Shown: positions 10,345 to 21,380, counted from the first letter of the whole stretch. The stretch is 63,134 nt of DNA, filler included, from Chloroflexota bacterium (GCA_043754535.1; 5 parts of 5 records of this genome joined end to end with filler, not necessarily neighbours in it), one strand, 5' to 3'. The notes: generated by a model from the sequence alone, not told the origin. Program-made: numbers and translations.

Positions 10345-10535
10345 GCTAACCAGCCCGTGGCAGACCTCTCTACGCAGAGAGGAAGGGAAGGAACGTTGCG
10401 GTGCTTGCAAGTAGGCAAGCACCGTCGTAGCTAGCTAAACCTGTTTCGACCGAAAGGAGCATCCCCCTGGACGGTAATCAAACTAGAGGCGGCAGCACCG
10501 CCACCATCACCTACAGCCCACCGCCTGAAGGAGCA

Positions 10536-11606
10536 ATGAAGGCCCAGAGTAGCGGTCGTCCCGGTGACGAACTGCTGCGTGTAGAGGGGCTGAAGACCTA
10601 CTTCTACACAGAGGATGGCATCGTCAAGTCGGTAGACGGTATCGACTTCAGCCTCAAGCGCGGCGAGGTGCTTGGCATCGCGGGCGAGTCGGGTTGCGGC
10701 AAGAGTGTCACCTCGCTCTCGATCATGCGACTGATCAGCAAGCCGGGCAAGATCGTGGAGGGCAAAATCTGGTTCGACGGCCAGGACCTCGCCCAACTCT
10801 CTGAAGAACAGATGACCAAGATTCGCGGCAACCGCATCGCGATGATCTTCCAGCAGCCCACCAGTTGCCTCAACCCGGTCTTCAAGATCGGCGACCAGAT
10901 TGTGGAAGTGTTGAAGATTCACAAGAAGATGAGTGACCGTTCGGCCCGCGACCGAACCATCGAACTGCTGACTATGGTCGGTATCCCCTCGGCCAAGAAG
11001 CGGTTCGACAACTATCCGCACGAGATGTCGGGCGGGATGTGCCAGCGCGTGATGATCGCTATGGGGCTGGCGAACGAGCCAGAACTGCTGATCGCCGACG
11101 AGCCGACTACCGCCCTAGATGTAACGATCCAGGCGCAGATTCTAGAACTGATGAAGGAACTGAAGCGCAGCATCAACACGGCGATCATCCTGATCACCCA
11201 CGACCTGGGCGTGATGGCTGAGATGGCCGAGCGGATGGTCATAATGTACGCAGGCAAAATCGTAGAGCAAGCAGATGTGAACGACCTGTTCGACGCACCC
11301 AAGCACCCCTACACCCAGGGTTTGCTAGCCTCGATCCCCGTGCTAGGCCAGGTCAAGGAGCGGCTGGAAGTGATCCCCGGCACGGTGCCTAGCCTGCGTA
11401 ACCTGCCGCAGGGCTGCCGCTTCGCTCCGCGCTGCCCACGGCGGATGCCAGTCTGCACCAGTGAAGACCCCGATCTGCTCAAGCTCGATGGCCGCGCAGC
11501 CCGCTGCTGGCTCTACCACCCAGCGATCAACCCAGACCCAGCGGTGGCCGAGGAACAAACCGTCGAACAGGTCAACAGCTATCGCCAGAGCCACCGGCAC
11601 GCATAG
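10536..11606 (+). CDS. oppD: Oligopeptide ABC transporter ATP-binding protein (true start may be CTG 10467)
   Basis: Walker A GESGCGKS, SGGMCQR, DEPTTALD, HPYT and GCRFAPRC C-terminal motif. Confidence 0.93.
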   Translation: MKAQSSGRPGDELLRVEGLKTYFYTEDGIVKSVDGIDFSLKRGEVLGIAGESGCGKSVTSLSIMRLISKPGKIVEGKIWFDGQDLAQLSEEQMTKIRGNRIAMIFQQPTSCLNPVFKIGDQIVEVLKIHKKMSDRSARDRTIELLTMVGIPSAKKRFDNYPHEMSGGMCQRVMIAMGLANEPELLIADEPTTALDVTIQAQILELMKELKRSINTAIILITHDLGVMAEMAERMVIMYAGKIVEQADVNDLFDAPKHPYTQGLLASIPVLGQVKERLEVIPGTVPSLRNLPQGCRFAPRCPRRMPVCTSEDPDLLKLDGRAARCWLYHPAINPDPAVAEEQTVEQVNSYRQSHRHA

Positions 11607-11624
11607 GCGACAGAACCAGGAGCA

Positions 11625-12755
11625 ATGATGGTAACCAGAATCGATAATGGCAGTGCTGGCCGAGCGAACCTCAGCGGCAGCCAGGACTACATCCTGCAAG
11701 TCAAGGATTTGGTCAAGTATTTCCCGGTGCGGAGCGGTATTCTCCAGCGCGTTACTGCCCAGGTCAAGGCGGTAGACGGGGTTAGCTTCGACGTGCGCCG
11801 GGGCGAAACGATTGGCCTGGTGGGGGAGAGCGGTTGTGGTAAGACGACCACGGGCCGCACGATCATGCGCCTGACTGACCCCACTCGCGGCGCGATCATC
11901 TTTGAGGGGCAGGACATCGCCAAGCTCAGTGCAGGGCAGATGAAGCACACCCGTAAGGATATGCAGATCATCTTCCAAGACCCCTACTCCTCGCTCGACC
12001 CCCGCGTACCAGTGGGTGAGAGCATCGGTGAGGGGCTACTGATCCACGGTACACCCAAGTCGGAGCGTGAGCAGATCGTGTCCGAGATGCTCAAGCGCGT
12101 CGGCCTGCACCCCGAACACTCGCGCCGCTACCCACATGAGTTCAGCGGCGGCCAACGCCAGCGCATCGGCATTGCCCGCGCCCTCTCCATGCAGCCCAAG
12201 CTGATCGTCGCTGACGAGCCGGTGTCGGCTCTGGATGTGTCGATCCAGTCGCAGGTGCTGAACATCCTCAAGGATTTGCAGCGCGACTTTGGCCTCACCT
12301 ACCTGTTCATTGCCCACAACCTCAGCGTGGTCGAACACATCAGCGACCGCGTGGGGGTGATGTACCTGGGCAAGATGGCCGAGTTGTGCGACCGCAACGA
12401 ACTGTTTGAGAACCCGCGCCACCCCTACACTCAGGCTCTGCTCTCAGCGATCCCGGTGCCAGACCCCCGCATTCGGCGGGAGCGGATCATCCTCAAGGGC
12501 GACGTTCCCAGCCCGCTCAACCCACCGAGCGGCTGCCGCTTCCACACCCGCTGCTGGCTGGCCCAGCAAATCTGCACCGACGAAGAACCGGCCTGGCGCG
12601 ATATTGGCAGCGAGAATGGCAGCGGCAATCCTCACCTCGTCGCCTGCCACTTCGCCGAGCAGACCAAAGTCAAGGCGGGCGGCACCGCGATGGTGGCCCG
12701 CAACTTCGACCCGACTGCCCCGGCCAAAGAGTCCATAGAAGGGCCGAAGTCCTAA
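11625..12755 (+). CDS. oppF: Oligopeptide ABC transporter ATP-binding protein
   Basis: [33 protein letters not shown]. Confidence 0.93.
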   Translation: MMVTRIDNGSAGRANLSGSQDYILQVKDLVKYFPVRSGILQRVTAQVKAVDGVSFDVRRGETIGLVGESGCGKTTTGRTIMRLTDPTRGAIIFEGQDIAKLSAGQMKHTRKDMQIIFQDPYSSLDPRVPVGESIGEGLLIHGTPKSEREQIVSEMLKRVGLHPEHSRRYPHEFSGGQRQRIGIARALSMQPKLIVADEPVSALDVSIQSQVLNILKDLQRDFGLTYLFIAHNLSVVEHISDRVGVMYLGKMAELCDRNELFENPRHPYTQALLSAIPVPDPRIRRERIILKGDVPSPLNPPSGCRFHTRCWLAQQICTDEEPAWRDIGSENGSGNPHLVACHFAEQTKVKAGGTAMVARNFDPTAPAKESIEGPKS

Positions 12756-12776
12756 GCAAGCAGTCCACTTTGGCGA

Positions 12777-12801
12777 GAGCCTCTCTGCGGAGAGGCTTTT
12801 T
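12777..12801 (+). terminator. Intrinsic terminator after oppF
   Basis: AGCCTCTC-TGCG-GAGAGGCT stem-loop followed by a T run. Confidence 0.7.
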
Positions 12802-12840
12802 GCTGCCCACCTGCCCCCCAAAGTTGGTATAATAGCGACC

Positions 12841-15033
12841 ATGAACATTCTGCGCCGCCTGCTCGTCCCCCTCAGCTACACGCTGATCGCTCTTGGCTAT
12901 ACCTGGCCGCTGGCGACTAGCTTCGGCACCGCTATCGTCGGTGGCGGGATTGACGGCTGGAACAACTACTGGAACTACTGGTGGACACGCTATGCTGTCT
13001 TCAACCTCGGTCAGTTGCCCTTCGACAGCAACTATATCTTCTACAACAGTGGGGTCAGCCTGCGCTTCCACACCCTGCAACCGCTCAACGGCCTGCTCAG
13101 TGCTGGGCTGCAACCGCTTGGCCTGGCCGTCGCCGAGAACACGCTGACCATCCTCAGCTACACCCTGTGTGGCTGGGGGGTCTACCTGCTGGCAAGGTAC
13201 GTCCTCGAACTGCTATTCGGCGAGCAACCAGCCGAAGCAGCCCAGCGGCAGCAGCTGACCACGATGGCTGCCTACCTGGCGGGCTTCGCCTACACTTTTG
13301 CCAGCCCCTGGCGCACCCAGTACCTCTACGGTGGGCAAGTCAACCGCCTGAGCTTCCAGTGGGTACCTTTCTTTATCTATTTCGCCCTACGCGCTTACTA
13401 CGGAGGTGGTAGCTGGCGCGCCCGCTCAAGCTGGCTGCCCATCGCCCTCACCGCCCTCCTGTTCCTCGCCAATGCGCTGACCGAACTGCAACTGCTGGTC
13501 TACCTTGCCTTGTTCCTGCTGGTCTGGCTGGCCGCCGAGTTGGTGGCCCGTGGTTGGCAGCGGTGGTGGCCCGCAGCCCTGCGCGTGGCCGTGGGCGTGG
13601 GGGCGGGCGGCCTGCTGCTCAGCCCTCTGCTCTACCAGATGCTGCGCGAACTGGCGGCCAACTCGCAGCTAGCCCCCAGCGGAGCGGCCACTACGCAGCA
13701 CTCTGCCGACCTGCTCGAACTGGTTGCCCCCAATCGCAGTAACCTGCTGTGGGGGGGATTGCTGGACGGGGTGAGCAGCCCGCCTTACGACAAGTACCTG
13801 GTCAAGGGCGCGTTCAGCCCCAGCTACTTGTTGTATGGACTGGCGGTTGCGGGAGTGGTGCTGCTGTGGCGCAGCCCTTTGCTGCGGATACTGCTGCTCA
13901 ACCTGCTGCTGTTCCTCGCCACCTCGCTCGGCCCCCACCTGATCGTGGCTGGCAAGGACAGCGGCCTGCCAATGCCATATGCTGCCCTCTACTTGCTGCC
14001 CTTCATGCGTGTCTCCCGCGACCCCGAACGCTTCGGCGAGATGGCCCTGCTGTTCTGGGTACTGCTGGCGGCGGTCGGCTTCTACGCTCTGCTGACCAGG
14101 CTAGCCAGTGGCCTGCCGCCGCAACCACTGCGCCAGAGGGTCGCTTTTGCCCTGGTGCTACTGATCCTCACCGTAGAGTTCGTCGGTGTGCGCCCGCCAC
14201 TGACCGCCGTGGATACGCCACCCTTCTACCAGCAGCTCGGCAAGGATAGCGCACACTATGCGATCCTCGAACTGCCGATCTACAAGAGTAGCGACGAGGA
14301 TCGCTGGATGAGCTACCAGGCGGCGCACGAGAAGGCGATCCTGGGCGGTGACCTGGCCCGCAAGCTGCCCCACCCCTTCGCCGAGTACACGCCGGTGCTA
14401 CGCGCCCTTTGGCTGCAACGCCAGCCGAACGAGGACGTGGTAGCCCCCCCACCGCTGGCCGAGGCAGGGTTGCCAGTGCTGGCCTGGGCGGGCATCCGCT
14501 ACCTGGTGGTGATCAAGGACAGGGTGGATGGGCAGACGGGCCGCGAACAGGGGATGGCCGACGCGCTGTTTGGCAAGGCCCAGCCTGGCTACGAAGATGA
14601 GCGGATGCGCGTTTATAGCGTGCCACTGACCGTTACCGCCTACCTCAGCCCCATGCTGGCGGTTGGCCCTGGCTGGTACGCGCCAGAGCAGCAGCCCGAC
14701 GGCTGGCACCGTTGGCTGGACGGCGGCAACGGCAACCGCGCCACGATCAGCATGCTGAACCTGGACAGGGCGCAGGGCTATGTTTTGCACTTCCGCGCTT
14801 TCGCCTACGCTGGCCCGCACGAGCTTGAGGTCTATCAGGTGGCGGGTAGCAGTCGGGTGCGCCTGGCTACCCTCAGCGTCAACCAGCCGCAGGTGTACGA
14901 TCTGCCGCTTGCCCTACAGCCCGGCCTCAGCCAGTTGGAGTTCTACACCGCCGCCGCTGCCCGCAGCCCTGGCCCCAAGGATAGCCGCCTGCTAGCCGTT
15001 GGCCTCGGCAACCTGACTGTGACCAGACCGTAA
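12841..15033 (+). CDS. Polytopic membrane protein, GT-C fold glycosyltransferase-like
   Basis: Many transmembrane helices, N-terminal DGWNNYWNYWW loop, R-x-PERF motif, soluble C-terminal domain; fold assignment is inference. Confidence 0.6.
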   Translation: MNILRRLLVPLSYTLIALGYTWPLATSFGTAIVGGGIDGWNNYWNYWWTRYAVFNLGQLPFDSNYIFYNSGVSLRFHTLQPLNGLLSAGLQPLGLAVAENTLTILSYTLCGWGVYLLARYVLELLFGEQPAEAAQRQQLTTMAAYLAGFAYTFASPWRTQYLYGGQVNRLSFQWVPFFIYFALRAYYGGGSWRARSSWLPIALTALLFLANALTELQLLVYLALFLLVWLAAELVARGWQRWWPAALRVAVGVGAGGLLLSPLLYQMLRELAANSQLAPSGAATTQHSADLLELVAPNRSNLLWGGLLDGVSSPPYDKYLVKGAFSPSYLLYGLAVAGVVLLWRSPLLRILLLNLLLFLATSLGPHLIVAGKDSGLPMPYAALYLLPFMRVSRDPERFGEMALLFWVLLAAVGFYALLTRLASGLPPQPLRQRVAFALVLLILTVEFVGVRPPLTAVDTPPFYQQLGKDSAHYAILELPIYKSSDEDRWMSYQAAHEKAILGGDLARKLPHPFAEYTPVLRALWLQRQPNEDVVAPPPLAEAGLPVLAWAGIRYLVVIKDRVDGQTGREQGMADALFGKAQPGYEDERMRVYSVPLTVTAYLSPMLAVGPGWYAPEQQPDGWHRWLDGGNGNRATISMLNLDRAQGYVLHFRAFAYAGPHELEVYQVAGSSRVRLATLSVNQPQVYDLPLALQPGLSQLEFYTAAAARSPGPKDSRLLAVGLGNLTVTRP

Positions 15034-15113
15034 GATGGGGCTAAAGGCGGATGCGCCGTGGCGCACGATCCGCTATGCTAAAGGCAATAATGGTCGGGAG
15101 GAGCAAAAACGAT

Positions 15114-15806
15114 ATGTCACCAACTACCGCTCTAGAGCAGAAGACCCTGGCGGTCAGCGACGAACAGGCAGTGCAGTTGCGGCAAGCCCTCAACCTGGCG
15201 AAGGCGTTTGCCGCCCCAGGCCGCCTGGCGATCCTCGGCCTGCTAGCTCAGCGGCCACAGCCAGTCGCGCTGGCCGAGATCGTCGCGCAGGTGGGCGGCC
15301 AGCAGGGGCTGGTCGAACGCGATGTGCGCCAGTTGGCGGTAGCCGGGCTGGTCAGCATTACCTGGCAAGCCGACCCTGGTGCCGAACCGACCCCGCAGAC
15401 AGTAGCCTTCAACCGAACATACGAGCAGACGATCAACGGGGTAATCCACGCTCTGCACCAGTTGAACGAGCAGTTGCAGCCCAGCGAACGTAGTGCGCCA
15501 GTGGATGAGCGCGCACAGGTGCTAGTTCGCTACCTGGTAGACAGGCGGCTGATAAGCTGGCCCAGCCAACTCAAGCGGCAGCGGTACGTAGCCGAGGAGA
15601 TAGCCAGCCACTTCACCCTGGGTCGCGACTACACTGAGCGCGAAGTGACTGATCTGCTGCGCGAAATCTACGCCTACGACCCGGTAACGATCCGCCGCTA
15701 TCTCGTAGATTTCAAGCTGCTAGAGCGCAAGGCAGGCATCTACCGCCGCCAGCAGGCCGATGCTGCTGCTTCGGGGCAGAGTCTGCCGCCTGGCACAACA
15801 GGTTAG
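15114..15806 (+). CDS. ArsR-like HTH plus DUF2087 domain protein
   Basis: KAFAAPGRLAILGLL HTH; YTEREV...DPVTIRRYLVD DUF2087-like motif; ATG 15114 after GGAGGAG. Confidence 0.8.
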   Translation: MSPTTALEQKTLAVSDEQAVQLRQALNLAKAFAAPGRLAILGLLAQRPQPVALAEIVAQVGGQQGLVERDVRQLAVAGLVSITWQADPGAEPTPQTVAFNRTYEQTINGVIHALHQLNEQLQPSERSAPVDERAQVLVRYLVDRRLISWPSQLKRQRYVAEEIASHFTLGRDYTEREVTDLLREIYAYDPVTIRRYLVDFKLLERKAGIYRRQQADAAASGQSLPPGTTG

Positions 15807-15879
15807 CCTGGAGCCACCTATTATGCTAGAGGCAGCCCAGTGGCTTCAATCTGCTAGCTGCCCGCCTAACTACAAGTAG

Positions 15880-16674
15880 CTACTTTGTGGCAAGGAGGGA
15901 GAAGCTGAGGGGCAACTCGTGTTTTGGCATTGCCCAGCGGCCCGCCCCTTCTTGCACCAGGCTGGGGAACATCTGGTAGTAGGCGTAGGGCGACTCGTGC
16001 AAGAACTGCAAGCGCAAGCCCGCTGCCAGCAGTGCGCCGATGATCTCGGCCAGACCGTGCGCCCAGCCGTACTCCACCCCCTGGTAGTCGGAGGGGCCAG
16101 CATAGCTGCCGTGCGTCTCGAAGCGCAGGGGGCTAGCTGCGTGGAAGTAGGGATGGGTTGGCTTCAGTTCGCCCGCGATCTCCTCGAAGGCCATCGGGAA
16201 GGGGTGGATTTCGTGCAGGTAGAAGCTGCCGCCCGCCTTGAGGTAGTGGGCGACCACTGCTGCCCAACGGGTGAGGTCGGGCAGCCACCAGAGCGCACCG
16301 CCGCCGGTGTACACCAGATCGAACTCGCCCGCCAGCACGTCTGGCAGGTCGTAGAGGTTGGCACAAACGAAACTGGCAGGGATGTGTAGCTCGGTGGCAA
16401 GGTCGCGGGCCGCAGCAATCGCCTGCTCGCTGAAGTCAGCCCCGGTGACGGTCGCTCCCAGGCGCGCCCAGGAGAGGGTATCCTGCCCAAAGTGGCATTG
16501 CAAGTGCAGGAGGGACTTGCCAGCCACCTCACCGACCTCGGCAATCTCTAGGGGCAAGAGGCTGTTGCGCCCGGCCTTGAAGCCTGCCAGGTCGTAGAAG
16601 GCCGAGCGCAGGTGGCTGGCAGTCCAGTTCGCCCACAACTCGCGGTTAGCCGCAATGTAATCCTGCTCTTGCAC
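15880..16674 (-). CDS. Class I SAM-dependent methyltransferase
   Basis: LLHLQCHFGQDTLSWARLGA-x-VTGADFS and FDLVYTG motifs. Confidence 0.9.
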   Translation of the reverse strand: MQEQDYIAANRELWANWTASHLRSAFYDLAGFKAGRNSLLPLEIAEVGEVAGKSLLHLQCHFGQDTLSWARLGATVTGADFSEQAIAAARDLATELHIPASFVCANLYDLPDVLAGEFDLVYTGGGALWWLPDLTRWAAVVAHYLKAGGSFYLHEIHPFPMAFEEIAGELKPTHPYFHAASPLRFETHGSYAGPSDYQGVEYGWAHGLAEIIGALLAAGLRLQFLHESPYAYYQMFPSLVQEGAGRWAMPKHELPLSFSLLATK

Positions 16675-16778
16675 TAGTTTGCTCCTTTTGGCTTGTTGCT
16701 ATCATTATAGCGACAAAGCGAAGCTCCTCCATCGGTCTGAAGGAGGAGCTTGCTGGTTTGGTGCGCCAACTAGGCCGC

Positions 16779-16997
16779 TTACTTGCCCTTGTGTGGCTGG
16801 AGCAAACGGTGGTAGAGGCCGAACAGCAGGAAGGTGGGCGGCCACTGCCCGACGAAGATCGACCAGCTATCTTTACCGGTCAGGCGCAGGCCAGCCGAGA
16901 GGATGATGCTGCCGACGGCGCCCCAGTACCAGGCCTCCTCTGGGATGTTGTCGGTGACGCGGAAAAACTGCTTCTGGGCTTCCTCAGCGGTATCCAT
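16779..16997 (-). CDS. Small hypothetical membrane protein
   Basis: RBS AAGGAG, hydrophobic segments, FVGQWPPTFLLFGLY motif. Confidence 0.65.
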   Translation of the reverse strand: MDTAEEAQKQFFRVTDNIPEEAWYWGAVGSIILSAGLRLTGKDSWSIFVGQWPPTFLLFGLYHRLLQPHKGK

Positions 16998-17274
16998 GTT
17001 AATCACTCCTTATTCGCTATGCGCGTTATGATGTGGGGCAGTACACCCCGTTTCCTACTGTAACTACAAAGCAGGATTCGTGCCACAATCGTACTTTCCA
17101 GCTTCCTGCCTCAAGGCTGAAGGAGCAAATAGTGGGCCACGCCTACCGCCCGTCCCGGTCAGGCTCCTTCTGAGCCGCTCACTCTCTGATTATGTAAATC
17201 TGGTGGGCCAAACTCTTGTGTTATGTACCCTTGCGTGCTATAATTATGACAACTTGCCAGTCGGAGGGTATAGC

Positions 17275-19077
17275 GTGGAAGAACAGAGCAGGGCCAGCCT
17301 GATGCAGGAAGGGGTAGCTGCCGCCCAGAGCGGGGATCGTAGCCGCGCCTATGGCATCTTTCGCCAAATTACCGAGCAGGAGTTCAACAACGAGCAAGCC
17401 TGGATTTGGCTGTCAGCGACGAGTGACGACCCAGACGAGGCTTTGAATGCCGCCCGCAATGCGCTGGCTCTCAACCCAGACAGCGAGTTTGCGAAGGAGG
17501 CAGAGACCTACGCCCTGCAATCGAAGGAGGCTGCCAGCCTCAAGCAGGCGCAGGACAGCCGTGAGGCCGCCATACCTGCCAGCCGCTCACGCCTGCCTGA
17601 CGACAATGCCGACCTGATCCCCGACTGGCTGCAAGACCTCAGCCGGGCTGGTGGGCAGCGCACGGCCACCGCCGCCCTGGCTAGCGAAGGGGACGCGCCG
17701 GTGACTACAGTAGAATTGCCGGTTAGCGAGCAATACGCCATGCCATCTGCCGCCCAGCCGCTAGCCGAGGCCAACGACTTCGCGGCTGACAGCGAAGCGG
17801 CGACGGTTGCCAGCCCACTGATCACCGCCCGGCCCTTGCGTGACAACAGCCGCATCGAGCAGCGGGTGACTATGGCCGAGGAGCGACGGCGCAGCCTACA
17901 AGCGGAGCAGCGCAGCCGTAGCGTGCGGAGCGTGCTGGTCGCCCTGGTGGGCATCACTGTGGTGGGCCTGCTAATCTGGGGGCTGTACAGCCTCTTTGCC
18001 AACAAGCCAGCCGACCAGGGCTTGAGCAATCGGGCGACCGCCACCGTAGTGCCGCCAACCGCGACGGTGCCGACCTCTACCCCACGAGTGGCAGATACTA
18101 CCGCTACTACCCTCGCGCTGATCCCCACTGCCGCAGCGCAGGGGACGGCGACAGCCCAGGCCCAGGCTCAGGCGACGGCAGATGCTAACTTTGCGGCGCA
18201 GACCTTCCCCACCAGCACGCCGGGAGCCGCGATGATCACGATGGATAGCGGGATCGCCAGCTACAAGCAGGGCAACTACGAGCAGGCGGTTAGCTTGCTG
18301 GAACAGGCGATCAACCAGGATCGCAGCCTCACCCTCGCGCACTACTATCTTGGCTTCACCTACCTGACCCTCGCTCAGCAACCGGTGACGGGCAGCCTCA
18401 CCCTCGCCCCAGCCGCGCCAACGGTGGCAGCCAGCAGCACAGTAACTAGCAGCAGGACGGTGACGGCTAGCGTGCAGGCTAGCAGCCCAACTGTGAACCC
18501 TGGGGTGGGGCCGCTTGTCAGCCTTGACCCGGCGACAGCCTATCAGCGGGCCGAGATCGCCTTCCGCAACGTGGTCAGCCTTGCGCCAGATTGGGCGGGT
18601 GGCTATGCGGGGCTGGCTAACACTCTCCTGCGCCAGCGTCGCTTCGCGGAGGCGGTAGAGCCAGCCCGGCAAGCGACCAGGCTGGACGCGGGTAAGCCCG
18701 AATACTGGCTGCTGCTGGGCCAGGCTTACGCTGGGCTGGGCGACAACGCCAATGCAGAGCAGGCGAACGCCGAAGCCGAGCGGCTCAGCCCGCCCGTTCC
18801 TGGCAGCACCCCACGCTCAACTGTGACTACGCTACCGACGGTGGTAGCCAGCCCGACGGCGGCCAGCAGCCCCAGTGCTGCGCCCAGCCCGACGCAGGCC
18901 GCAAGCACTGCTGCTAGCGACACTCCTGCTGCCGCCAGTCCTACTGCCGATACGCCAGCCGCTGCGCCGGCCAGCGACGTAGGGGGGCCAACTGCCACCG
19001 CGATTGACCTTAGCCAGCCAGGTAGCAGCAATCCAACCTTCGAGTTTACAGTCAGTGTCCCTTCGCCGACCCCCTGA
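17275..19077 (+). CDS. Bitopic membrane TPR protein with Thr/Pro/Ala-rich linkers
   Basis: N-terminal TPR (NEQAWIWLS), one transmembrane helix, C-terminal TPRs (AHYYLG, YWLLLGQAY); GTG 17275 after GGAGG. Confidence 0.8.
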   Translation: MEEQSRASLMQEGVAAAQSGDRSRAYGIFRQITEQEFNNEQAWIWLSATSDDPDEALNAARNALALNPDSEFAKEAETYALQSKEAASLKQAQDSREAAIPASRSRLPDDNADLIPDWLQDLSRAGGQRTATAALASEGDAPVTTVELPVSEQYAMPSAAQPLAEANDFAADSEAATVASPLITARPLRDNSRIEQRVTMAEERRRSLQAEQRSRSVRSVLVALVGITVVGLLIWGLYSLFANKPADQGLSNRATATVVPPTATVPTSTPRVADTTATTLALIPTAAAQGTATAQAQAQATADANFAAQTFPTSTPGAAMITMDSGIASYKQGNYEQAVSLLEQAINQDRSLTLAHYYLGFTYLTLAQQPVTGSLTLAPAAPTVAASSTVTSSRTVTASVQASSPTVNPGVGPLVSLDPATAYQRAEIAFRNVVSLAPDWAGGYAGLANTLLRQRRFAEAVEPARQATRLDAGKPEYWLLLGQAYAGLGDNANAEQANAEAERLSPPVPGSTPRSTVTTLPTVVASPTAASSPSAAPSPTQAASTAASDTPAAASPTADTPAAAPASDVGGPTATAIDLSQPGSSNPTFEFTVSVPSPTP

Positions 19078-19231
19078 GCGGGGCTGTGACAGGTACCTGC
19101 CCCCTTCCACCATGATGGCTTTACCACCCCCCCACCACGCCGCTTGCCAAGCGTGCTGGCTTGTGGTATCCTGCGAGCGGCGTAGCCAACGCCACAGTCA
19201 GCAGCCAAAGCACATACAGGAGCAAACATCC

Positions 19232-20299
19232 TTGAAGGGACTCATCTTGAGCGGGGGCAAAGGCACCCGCCTGCGCCCGATCACTTACACCAGCGCAAAG
19301 CAGCTTGTGCCGGTCGCCAACAAGCCGGTGCTGTTCTATACAATCGAGAACCTGGTGGAGGCCGGGATCACCAGCATCGGCATCGTGGTCGGGGACACGC
19401 GGGAGGAGATCAAGAAGGCCGTGGGCGACGGTAGCCAGTTCGGAGCCGAAGTCACCTACATCGAGCAGGATCAGCCGCTCGGCCTCGCCCATGCGGTGAT
19501 GATCGCGCAGGACTATCTGGGCGACGAGCCGTTCTGTATGTACCTGGGCGACAACATGATCGAGCCTAGCATCAAGCCGCTGGTGGAGAGCTTTGGGGCT
19601 GACCGCACGATCAACAGCCAGATTCTGCTCAAGCAGGTGGCGAACCCGCAGGCATATGGGGTGGCCGAGTTGCAGGATGGTCGCGTCACCCGCCTGGTTG
19701 AGAAGCCGAGCGAGCCGTTGAGCGACCTGGCCCTGGTCGGCATCTATATGTTCGATAGTCACATCTTCGAGGCTGTCCACGCGATCAAACCAAGCTGGCG
19801 TGGCGAACTTGAGATTACTGATGCTATCCAATACCTGGTTGAACACGGCTATAATGTGCGCCCCCACCTGGTGCAGGGCTGGTGGATCGACACTGGCAAG
19901 CAGGAGGATATGTTGGAGGCCAACCGCCTGGTACTGGACAAGCTACCCGCTAGCAACAATGGCTATGTGGATGCAGACAGCCGCCTTGACGGTAAGGTGA
20001 TCATCGAGCAGGGGGCGGAGGTGATCAACAGTGTGATTCGCGGCCCGGTGATTATCGGCCAACATACGCGCATTGTGAATAGCTACATCGGCCCCTTCAG
20101 TGCGATCTACCACCACGTGCTGATCGAGGATAGCGAGGTCGAGCATAGCATCATCCTGGAGAATAGCAGGATTATTGACCTGCCTGCTCGTCTGGAAGAT
20201 AGCCTGATCGGGCGTAATGTCGAACTGGGCCGCAGCCCGATCAAGCCGAAAGCATACAAGCTGACCCTCGGCGACAATTCTAAGGTCGGCGTGTTGTAG
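19232..20299 (+). CDS. rfbA: Glucose-1-phosphate thymidylyltransferase (long form)
   Basis: GLILSGGKGTRLRPITYTSAKQL, PSWRGELEITDA, C-terminal beta-helix; TTG start after AGGAG. Confidence 0.93.
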   Translation: MKGLILSGGKGTRLRPITYTSAKQLVPVANKPVLFYTIENLVEAGITSIGIVVGDTREEIKKAVGDGSQFGAEVTYIEQDQPLGLAHAVMIAQDYLGDEPFCMYLGDNMIEPSIKPLVESFGADRTINSQILLKQVANPQAYGVAELQDGRVTRLVEKPSEPLSDLALVGIYMFDSHIFEAVHAIKPSWRGELEITDAIQYLVEHGYNVRPHLVQGWWIDTGKQEDMLEANRLVLDKLPASNNGYVDADSRLDGKVIIEQGAEVINSVIRGPVIIGQHTRIVNSYIGPFSAIYHHVLIEDSEVEHSIILENSRIIDLPARLEDSLIGRNVELGRSPIKPKAYKLTLGDNSKVGVL

Positions 20300-20347
20300 A
20301 TTGAGGGGCTGATTGTCCCTCCTTTGGGGACGAGAGAGGGTAAGATA

Positions 20348-21367
20348 GTGAAGCATCTTGTAGTTACTGGCGGGGCGGGGTTTATCGGCAGCAACTTTGT
20401 GCGCTATATGTTGGGCAAGTATCCCGGTTACACTATTACCGTGTTGGATAAGTTGACCTATGCTGGTAATATGGAGAACCTGCGCGAGGTGGAGAATGAC
20501 CCGCGCTACCGCTTTGTGCGCGGCGATATTGCGGACGCAGCGGCGGTGGAGCAGGCTACCAGCGCACAGGGTTGCGACGCGATCATCAACTTCGCCGCCG
20601 AAACCCACGTGGATCGCTCTATCCTGGAGCCAGATGCCTTTATCAAGACCAACGTCTATGGCACCTACGTACTGCTGGAGGCGGCCCGCAGGCTGAACAT
20701 CGAGCGGTACGTTCAGATTAGCACCGACGAGGTGTATGGCAGCATCCCCGCGCCTCGCTCCTCGGTCGAGAGCGACGTGCTAGAACCCAGTAGCCCCTAT
20801 TCGGCGGCCAAAACGGGTGGCGAACTGATGGCTCTCTCCTACTACGTGACCTACAAGGTGCCAGTGATGGTGACGCGGGGCAGCAACAACTATGGCCCGT
20901 TCCAGTATCCAGAGAAGCTGATTCCTTTGTTTGTCACTAATGCGATTGAGAGTAAGCCGCTGCCGGTCTATGGCGATGGCAAGCAGGTTCGCAACTGGAT
21001 TTATGTGCTGGATCACTGCACTGGCATTGACACCGTGCTGCATAAGGGGCAGGCGGGTGAGATCTACAACGTGGGTGGGCCGAGCGAAGAATACAACCTG
21101 GACATTACGCATACGATCCTGCGGTTGCTGGATCAGCCGCAAAGCCTGATCAGCTACGTCAAGGATCGCCCAGGCCATGACCGCCGCTACTCGCTCAACG
21201 CCGACAAGCTGAAGGCACTGGGCTGGCAGCCGCAATATGACCTGGGGGCAGGCATGAAGGCGACGGTGGATTGGTATGTGGCAAACGAGGCGTGGTGGAA
21301 GCCGCTCAAGAGCGGTGAGTACCTTGAGTATTACAAGCGGCAGTATGGCACGGTGGCGGTTAGCTAG
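20348..21367 (+). CDS. rfbB: dTDP-glucose 4,6-dehydratase
   Basis: VTGGAGFIGSNF, AAETHVDRSI, STDEVYG, YSAAK, DRPGHDRRY. Confidence 0.95.
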   Translation: MKHLVVTGGAGFIGSNFVRYMLGKYPGYTITVLDKLTYAGNMENLREVENDPRYRFVRGDIADAAAVEQATSAQGCDAIINFAAETHVDRSILEPDAFIKTNVYGTYVLLEAARRLNIERYVQISTDEVYGSIPAPRSSVESDVLEPSSPYSAAKTGGELMALSYYVTYKVPVMVTRGSNNYGPFQYPEKLIPLFVTNAIESKPLPVYGDGKQVRNWIYVLDHCTGIDTVLHKGQAGEIYNVGGPSEEYNLDITHTILRLLDQPQSLISYVKDRPGHDRRYSLNADKLKALGWQPQYDLGAGMKATVDWYVANEAWWKPLKSGEYLEYYKRQYGTVAVS

Positions 21368-21380
21368 CAGAGGGGGAGCG

